Source: Macrostomum lignano
Lineage: Eukaryota
Assembly: GCA_002269645.1 (NCBI GenBank)
Contig: NIVC01000974.1
Coordinates: forward strand, 1-64,000
DNA length: 64,000 nucleotides
Reading direction: 5' to 3'
Part shown: one piece after another, positions 56,601 to 64,000 of the stretch
Layout of the letters: every line of letters starts with the position of its first letter
Position numbering within the stretch: the first letter of the stretch is position 1
Position numbers and translations under genes: made by a program
The notes under the pieces: generated by a model
The model's database searches: none
Seen by the model: only the letters and a program-made list of their open reading frames with translations
Told to the model about the DNA's origin: nothing

Positions 56601-56769
56601 TTGACTAGCTGACAAAATATTTGCTATTTGTTGTTGTTGTCTGTGTCTGTTGTTGTGCATGTGGCCGTCTGTCTCTGCATATGCTTCCAAGTCTGTGCCA
56701 TTTCCTGACTGTCTTTGCAAATGTGCCCGGTTCAGTACGTAGACAATAAGATATAGGTAAGATAGTAAA

Positions 56770-57140
56770 AGACGTAGACAGTAAGATTGGTAGACAGTAA
56801 AATTGGTAGACAGTAAGAGTGATACACAGTAGGATTGGTAGACAGTAAGATTGGTAGACAGTAGGATTGGTAGACAGTAGGATTGGTAGACAGTAAGATT
56901 TGTAGCCAGTAAGATTGGTAGACAGTAAGATTTGTAGCCAGTAAGATTGGTACACAATAGGATTGGAAGACAGTAGAATTGGTAGACAGTAGGATTGGTA
57001 GACAGTAGAATTGGTAGACAGTAGGATTGGTAGACAGTAGAATTGGCAGACAGTAGGATTGGTAGACAGTAGAATTGGTAGACAGTAGGATTGGTAGACA
57101 GTAGAATTGGTAGACAGTAAGATTGGCAGACAGTAGAATT
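56770..57140. repeat. 16 bp minisatellite (GATTGGTAGACAGTAR)
   Basis: Direct reading. Confidence 0.95.
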
Positions 57141-59089
57141 GGTTCTCTTTAGTAGCACTGAAAGTTTTTACAGCCGGTTGAGTTGCACTGCTTGGCCACG
57201 TCATTAGGACTTGGCTAATTGAGAGAGTTCTCAGGTGCGCCACAGGGGTCTCACTAATGACTAAAAGTCATCGATAGACTTTAAGCACAGCCCGAGAGAA
57301 GCATTCTCGCGCTGGAAATAGCTCGCATGATTTTACAGACGAAAGCAGAGCCGGAGTTCGCCCTTCACATGATCCTCAACTCATGCAATTTATCAATAAC
57401 AAGACATCAAAATACGTCGTAGAAGCGCGTGTTTTTCATTTCATTAGCAATTAAGATTTTATTTATTTTTTGCATAAAAGTACAAGCTCGATAATCTAAT
57501 TTTGGTGGGGCACTAGAGCTGCTGCTCGAGATGATCCAGACAGGAAATTTATGGATAGATTGCAGTCTTAAACCTGGCAGGCATCCGCGTTTGGCCTCAG
57601 CCTGAATTTCTTCTTTCGCAGAAGCAGGTCCGTGTACACACCGCACGCTAGTGCTCTCACTCTCTAACGCCCTCCTGTCCCGGCTCCGAGCACGCGTAGC
57701 GAGCGTGTCAAGAGGGTAGAAGACCGTGAAAAGTCTGTGCCGGGGCCTCGCCCTCGCCCTCGCCCTCTACTCTTCCCTTCCCCTTCTTGTTTACGGACTG
57801 CTGCTTCAGTGCGAAATTTTTTGGACCGGCGAGAGAGGAGGGAGTTGAAGCTGGCGATCCGGGCAGCGCCACTGGCCTCATATTTATTTATGAGCACTCG
57901 CTCTTTTGCTCGGCTGTTTCTCCAGCCTGAAAGTAGAGATAAGCGATTTATTCGCCAAGGTGATTCGCGCTGCTCAGAGCGGGGATTAGCTGCTCAATGC
58001 AAGCCTGGAAAGCCACTCGAAGCCTTGATTCGAGGCAGGCCTATCAAACATGAGTAAAAGAAGTTTGTTGCGCACGATTTAATAATATGCAGATTAATCA
58101 CGATGAAGCAGAGTCTACTTGTAAGTAGTAAACTGAGGTTTTTGGCTCAATTTCAACGCCGGAAGGTGGCGTTTCTTAGAAACGCGCGTTCAAAACGGCG
58201 CCAAAACGCTTCTTGCGCGGAATCATCTGCGGCGACTGAAAACAAAGGAATATCGAAAGTTATGCTACCGAATTGGGAAATCTATCTACAATGGTACTAG
58301 CTATCTACTTAAAGTAGCACTTTTGAAGCTGTATAGTCTTAATAAAATATCCATGTTTTGAGCTGCTTTGTGTGTCGCCGCCGATGTTGCCTTTCTAGGC
58401 CTAGAAAGATTGCTATCATAGTGTTAAGACCCCTCTGCCTGCGCTAATTACGGCTTAGCACTTTTTTCCTCTCATTCCACGACACTTTACTTCACTCTCC
58501 TATGCCTCTCACCGTTTCGGTCAGAAAAGTACAAAAGCATTTTAGGGACAAACCAGCATAATTGGCTTTGCTTGATATTGTGACGCGGTGCAGCTGACGC
58601 GGTTTTTTCTAAGATCCTTAAAGATTACTGTCTATTGGCTTTGCGAGGAATAAGTTTCAAAGATGTCAATCAGGCTTCGTTTAGTGATTCACCTAATCAG
58701 GGGTTGCGGAGCCTTCCATTATATCATATTTGCATGGAATTTTAGACCTACAGTAATTGACGGGATTGTAATTTTTATAGTTTTCACTTTGTCGTTTGTG
58801 ATTTAGGCATCTTTTTTTGGCCGTGTCGGTTTGTATTTCTGGTATTCTGGGTGTATTTGGATGGTTCGCTTGCATTCTCGTTTGTGTGTCATGCGTTGGA
58901 TCACATTTCTATGCTCTTTTTTGTCTTTTTGCTTCTGTATCCGATTAAGATTAGGTTACGTCAGTTTGTTTTGTTGGTCCATTGTCAGTTTAATTGGTGG
59001 ACCGCAGTTTAAACCTTTTCACTCTGGAGACTAAAAATAAGCTAAATCCCGTTCCCGTTCCAGGACTGGCCAAATACTATCCTGTGGTC

Positions 59090-59300
59090 AAGAGGGCTGG
59101 CCATAGACTGATTATTCTGTGGTCAACAGGGTCGACCATAGACTGTTCTGTTGTCAACAGGGCTGGCCATAGACTATCCTGTGGTCAACAGGGCTGGCCA
59201 TAGACTAACCTGTGGTCAACAGGGCTGGCCATAGACTATCCTGTGGTCAACAGGGCTGGCCATAGACTATCCTGTGGTCAACAGGGCTGGTCATAGACTA
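59090..59300. repeat. 31 bp minisatellite (CAGGGCTGGCCATAGACTATCCTGTGGTCAA)
   Basis: Direct reading. Confidence 0.93.
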
Positions 59301-59491
59301 TTTTGTGGGTATAGCATTGCTAGCCATGTTCGTGGTAAGAACGGCTCTGTAGTACTCTAACTCTGCTTCAATGTCCCGTGCACAGCATATCTGGCTCCAA
59401 ACTCACCGAGGCTGCCCTGACGAATGGCGCGTGCGAATGATCGCAGACCTCCAGTCCGGGCTGCAGGGCGCAGTCTAAGCAGTCCGCGGCG

Positions 59492-61708
59492 TTAGTTGTC
59501 GATGCCAACTGTGACCGACGGGGCACTGCGGCGCGAACAGACGACGGCCGCTTCAGAGAGTGGAGCGACGGTCGCTGGTGGGGTTCGAACGGTTGGCGAC
59601 ATCTATGCAATTTGTCATCCTTTGTCTCTAATTCTTTTAGTTTTTTCTCATTTTTATCCACTAATTGCACAGGCGCGTTGGTTCACCGTATGGCAGTCAT
59701 CTGACTGGCGCAGATAGCCAATTGACAGGTACTTTGATCGATGCTAGCCTATCCTGATTGTCACTGACAGTCAATTGTCAGCTACTCGTTCACAAAGAAA
59801 TGAAGGAGTTCCAAAATTTATTTGTGACAGGATAAAATCAGACAGGCGAGCAGTAATGGCTCCATTTTGTGCTTACTTGTATCCTGTTTTTTGTAGTTCC
59901 AGATTTTTTATAGTTAGAAAAATTCTTCATATCAGACTACGAACAAAGTCGAATTATTTGACTTACCGCCCAGACGTAGGGCCTGTTCACAGGGTGAGCA
60001 TGCGGCGACTGCGCCTCGCACTCCGACTCTTCCCACTGCTGTAGCCGCTTGCGCAGTCGATTTCTGCGGTAGCATTGGGGATCCATGTGAGTGTGACGTC
60101 ATGATTGATGGCTTTTTATTTATTATCTTATAACTTTTGTATTCCATCCATGCCATCATCACCAATGGCTTGTTTTGTGTCTGACGTCATCGCCATAGGC
60201 TGTATGACGTCATCACCACTGGCTTTTACTGTATGACGTCATCACCACTGGCTTATACTGTATGACGTCATCACCACAGGCTAATACTTTATGACGTCAT
60301 CACCAATGGTTTATACTGTATGACGTAATCACCAATGTATTGCTTTGTGTTACGTCATCATCAATGACTCGTTTTATGTAACGTCATAAATCAATGGCTT
60401 CTTTTTTTTAACGTCATCGTGACTGTCATTTTAACTCATCAAAAGTGATGATGGTTTAAAGGACTCGCCTGCATCGAATAGCCGCAGCGGCGGCGCACAT
60501 GGCTAAGATGACGCAGCCGCAGGCTAGCAGCTGAGTCCGTTGTCTCAGCCGAGTCTCCGAGCCGGCCGCCTCAGTCAGCAAAGTTGACGTTGGCACGCTC
60601 TGATTGGCTGAGGGAATTTATATGTGTCATTTTATAGAGCTATCATTCGGTTTCACTTGAATGAAATACAAACGTGCATCAGTAATTTCTCTGATGTTGA
60701 TGCTATTGACTTCAATGTGTTGTTATTGTTGTTGCGGGGAGAATTGATTACTAGAGACGGGAACTCCATATTCTCTACAGCATTCTCCACTGCCACAGAA
60801 CTGCACTCGATTGTAGCCAATAAAGTCAACGAGCTAGATAATTTCCTTTAAAGCAGCACCAAATGTAGAAATTAAATTCTTCATTGAATAGCCTTCAACA
60901 GCTGGCTTGGTTTTCAGTCTGGAAGAGTGCAGCGAATCGCGAGCTGTCCGCTTGATTGTTGTCTATGGCTGAGAGCATTTCTGTGGCAGTGGCTTTGATT
61001 GGCTTTATTGTCTATGGCCGAGAGCATTTCTGTGGCAGTGACTTTAATTGGCTTTATTGTCTATGGCCGAGAGCATTTCTGTGGCAGTGACTTTAATTGG
61101 CTTTATTGTCTATGGCCGAGAGCATTTCTGTGGCAGTGACTTTAATTGGCTTTATTGTCTATGGCCGAGAGCATTTTTGTGGCAGCGGCTTTGATTGGCT
61201 TTATTGTCTGCTGCAGCGAACTTGGGGAATTTTCCGCTTTATCTGCTTGATTATCAAATTCACTGACAAAAGCAGCATTGAAAAATACAAGCAAGAATTC
61301 GAGAAGCTCGAACAGTCAGTCAGCACTCAGTTAGTTACCAGTGGCCGGCAGAGCATCGGTGACGCCAGCGCAGCTCGACAAGCGCAGTGTTAGTCGAACG
61401 CGGAAGCTGACGTTGAGCTGGAGCGGCCACCGGCCCTTGACAAAGCCGGGCTCCACCAGCTGACCGATGAACAGCGGGCTGACGTCCGCCCAACTCGCTG
61501 ACAGATTCGTCGCAGTGCAACCAACCGCAAAGGCAGATTCGGCCAGCTCGGGTGCCAGCAGTTGGCGCAGTTGCAGCAAACGGATGTCGCCGAGTTGCAC
61601 TGGTGGAGGGCCCGACTGATGACTTTGACGCTGCAAAGTGTCTGCTGACGTCTCGGAGTTGCACAGAGACAGCAAGATGAGCAGAATTGGAAGCAGCGAC
61701 AATTGCAT
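59492..61708 (-). CDS. Orphan single-pass type I membrane protein (238 aa), 4 exons, one GC-AG intron
   Basis: Exons 61708-61339, 60607-60469, 60063-59967 and 59602-59492, with phases 1,2,0. It has signal peptide MQLSLLPILLILLSLC, a TM segment LLACGCVILAMCAAAAAI and a basic stop-transfer RCRNRLRKR built across the GC-AG junction. Confidence 0.65.
60180..60420. repeat. 29 bp degenerate minisatellite carrying TGACGTCA (CRE) palindromes
   Basis: TGTATGACGTCATCACCACTGGCTTATAC units that decay toward the right. Confidence 0.88.
60950..61207. repeat. 49 bp tandem repeat, about 5 copies, intron 1 of the orphan membrane gene
   Basis: GTCTATGGC recurs every 49 bp from 60961. Confidence 0.93.
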
Positions 61709-61784
61709 TAGATCCTGCTTTTGCGCCGGTTTTTCTGTTTGGCTTGTCACTTTAACTGGAGTCCGATCCCTCCTACAGCCGTTC

Positions 61785-62325
61785 TGTCACTCCTATGGCT
61801 CTGTCACTCCTATAAGAGTACTGTCACTCCTGCGGGAATTCTGTCACTCGTCTAGTTCTGTCACTCGTCTAGTTCTGTCACACTTTTAGTAGTTCTGTCA
61901 CTCCTTTAGTTCTGCCACTCCTCTAGTTCTGTCACTCCTCTATAGTTCTGTCACTCCTCTAGCTCTGTCACTCCTATAGTTCTGACACTCCTATAGTTCT
62001 GTCACTCCTATAGTTCTGTCACTTCTCTAGTAGTTCTGTCACTCCTATAGTAGTTCTGTCACTCCTATAGTAGTTCTGTCACTCCTCTAGTTATGTCACT
62101 CCTCTAGTAGTTCTATCACTTCTCTAGTAGTTCTGTCACTCCTATAGTTCTGTCACTCCTATAGTTCTGTCACTTCTCTAGTTCTGTCACTCCTATAGTT
62201 CCGTCACTCCTACAAAAGTTCTGTCACTCCTATAGTTCCGTCACTCCTATAAAAGTTCTGTCACTCTTATAGTTCCGTCACTCCTACAAAAGTTCTGTCA
62301 CTCCTATAGTTCTGTCACACCTATC
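61785..62325. repeat. About 18-21 bp minisatellite (TAGTTCTGTCACTCCTA)
   Basis: Direct reading. Confidence 0.93.
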
Positions 62326-62874
62326 TGATATCTACTGTATCTACCTGAGAACAGCTCCTTCTTTTCTGCGATTTAGCAAAACTTGATTACAATTTGATCG
62401 TTCAGAACTGCCGTCACCACAAGTTATGAACTACTACTGTCTAAGAAAGATACTTCAGTTTGCAAACTTACGCCTGTCCTTCTTCTTAGACGCATTTTTG
62501 TCGAAGCAAAATACTAATGTAGTTATCTTCCAAGAACAGATAAAGTCAGTTCCAATAGTTTTTTGCAGCCAATAAGAGATCCGGGATCCGTTTTGTTCTG
62601 AACTCCTGTTGCCTTCAGTCAATTTCCTTTAACTGATAGGTGCAGTAATTATTGACGCCAGGTCAGAGACAACCGGCATTGCAATTGCTTTTACGCTCGT
62701 AGAAGCATGCTATCAAATTCGCAAAGAAATGTATATGAAGAACTTAAAGAGTTCAACGACTGTTTGCTTTTGACTGTTCCTGTACAATTCCACACAGGCA
62801 GATGAAGCAGCCATGCAGAATTTGTTTTTTTCCCATGAACAAATTTCTATTTTCTATTTTGCACAGCGCTTAAT

Positions 62875-63000
62875 AGGGTTTGGGCCATAGACAAATTCAG
62901 TCAAGAAAAAACACTGCAAAGATAGGAGCAGCCGGAACTTTGCTTGCTTGCCTGTCTCCAGCAGCAGTTCATGAGAAAACAGCTTGATAAACTTGTGAAG
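62875..63000 (-). mobile_element. Dispersed repeat family, copy 3 (inverted, partial)
   Basis: The reverse complement reads CACAAGTTTATCAAGCTGTTTTCTCATGAACTGCTGCTGGAGACAGGCAAGCAAGCAAAGTT...ATTTGTCTATGGCCCAAACCC. Confidence 0.75.
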
Positions 63001-63019
63001 GTGTACTACACAAACAAAA

Positions 63020-63535
63020 ATAGTTTTTGATCGGCGATGTACTTTATTAGTTCGTGAATCAGCCTTCAAATAGTTTTTGATTCGCGATGTACTTACGTTG
63101 TTCGTGAATCGGCCTTCAAATAGTTTTTGATTCGCGATGTACTTACGTTGTTTGTGAATCGGCCTTCAAATAGTTTTGATTCGCGATGTACTTACGTTGT
63201 TCGTGAATCGGCCTTCAAATAGTTTTGATTGGCGGATGTACTTTAGTTGTTCGTGAATCGGCCTTCAAATAGTTTTTGATTGGCGGATGTACTTTTGTTA
63301 TTCATGAATTGGCCTTCATTTAATTTTTGATTGGCGCATGTACATATAGTTTATTAGTTCGTGAATCGGCCTTCAAATAGTTTTTTTATTAATTATGTAC
63401 TTTAGTTGTTCGGGAATCGGCCTTCAAATAGTTTTTTATTACTGATGTACTTTAGTTGTTCGGGAATCGGCCTTCAAATAGTTTTTTTATTACTGATGTA
63501 CTTTAGTTGTTCGGGAATCGGCCTTCAAATAGTTT
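63020..63535. repeat. About 50 bp minisatellite (TCGTGAATCGGCCTTCAAATAGTTTT...), about 10 copies
   Basis: Direct reading. Confidence 0.94.
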
Positions 63536-64000
63536 TCCCGCCACTACTGATACTGTTGGCTCATAGTGAGCACAGAAAATCCCGACAAGTCCTGGCTATG
63601 GCAGCATATCCTCACAGCATGAGATGCACCGGCTGTAAATCGAAGTAATCGAAATGTTTGTCACGGCAGCTCAAAATCAGTCGAAGCTCTCTGGTCGATT
63701 GATTCTGTCAGCTGACCAGGAAGGGGAGCCGTGCGAACTAGACAGCAAGCAGAACTCGTACAAGGGATTCGAGTTATTTTAAGGAAATCCCTTTTTTAGT
63801 GGTCGATAATCTGGGGAGACTGGAACTAATCCAGCGCTTTGATGAGCTGAGACACAGTGGATATTTGAGTGAAAGTTTCACATCAGCTCGAGGCGAGACA
63901 ATTAGTAGAAAATCTAGAGATATCCGTAGACAGTATTGATTCGATAGGCCAGTAAGGTTCTGATTTGGTATATTGTGATTTGTTTTAATTAATGTCTACG

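Noticed and set aside
61097-61393. Plus-strand ORF with a hydrophobic N-terminus
   Set aside because: The N-terminal part comes from the 49 bp repeat, and the rest is antisense to the better-supported minus-strand gene.

Overview
This window is eukaryotic (animal) genomic DNA. GC-rich spliced exons sit among AT-richer introns and spacers packed with micro- and minisatellites, MITEs and decayed retroelements. That style suggests a free-living flatworm such as Macrostomum, which is an inference rather than a database match. I reconstructed seven gene models by hand from splice signals and reading phase. (1) A partial SF3B1 (minus strand; runs off the left edge, 5' exons not found, several 1-nt deletions). 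(2) A secreted PAN-like plus multi C-type-lectin-like protein (minus, 6 exons). (3) A two-pore K+ channel (plus, 4 exons). (4) A DEG/ENaC channel (plus, 5 exons) missing two thumb disulfides. (5) A candidate single-exon neuropeptide precursor ending in -QMRYG-stop (minus). (6) A tyramine/octopamine-type GPCR (plus, one frameshift). (7) An orphan type I membrane protein with a GC-AG intron (minus). A 5.8 kb (TCTG)n array with higher-order structure separates the DEG/ENaC gene from the peptide gene. A 2.3 kb block near 4-6 kb has almost no CpG. I found no rRNA, intact tRNA or CRISPR array. Most long ORFs in the supplied track are repeat read-throughs or antisense shadows. The best lead is the RYamide-type prohormone next to a possibly peptide-gated DEG/ENaC channel.
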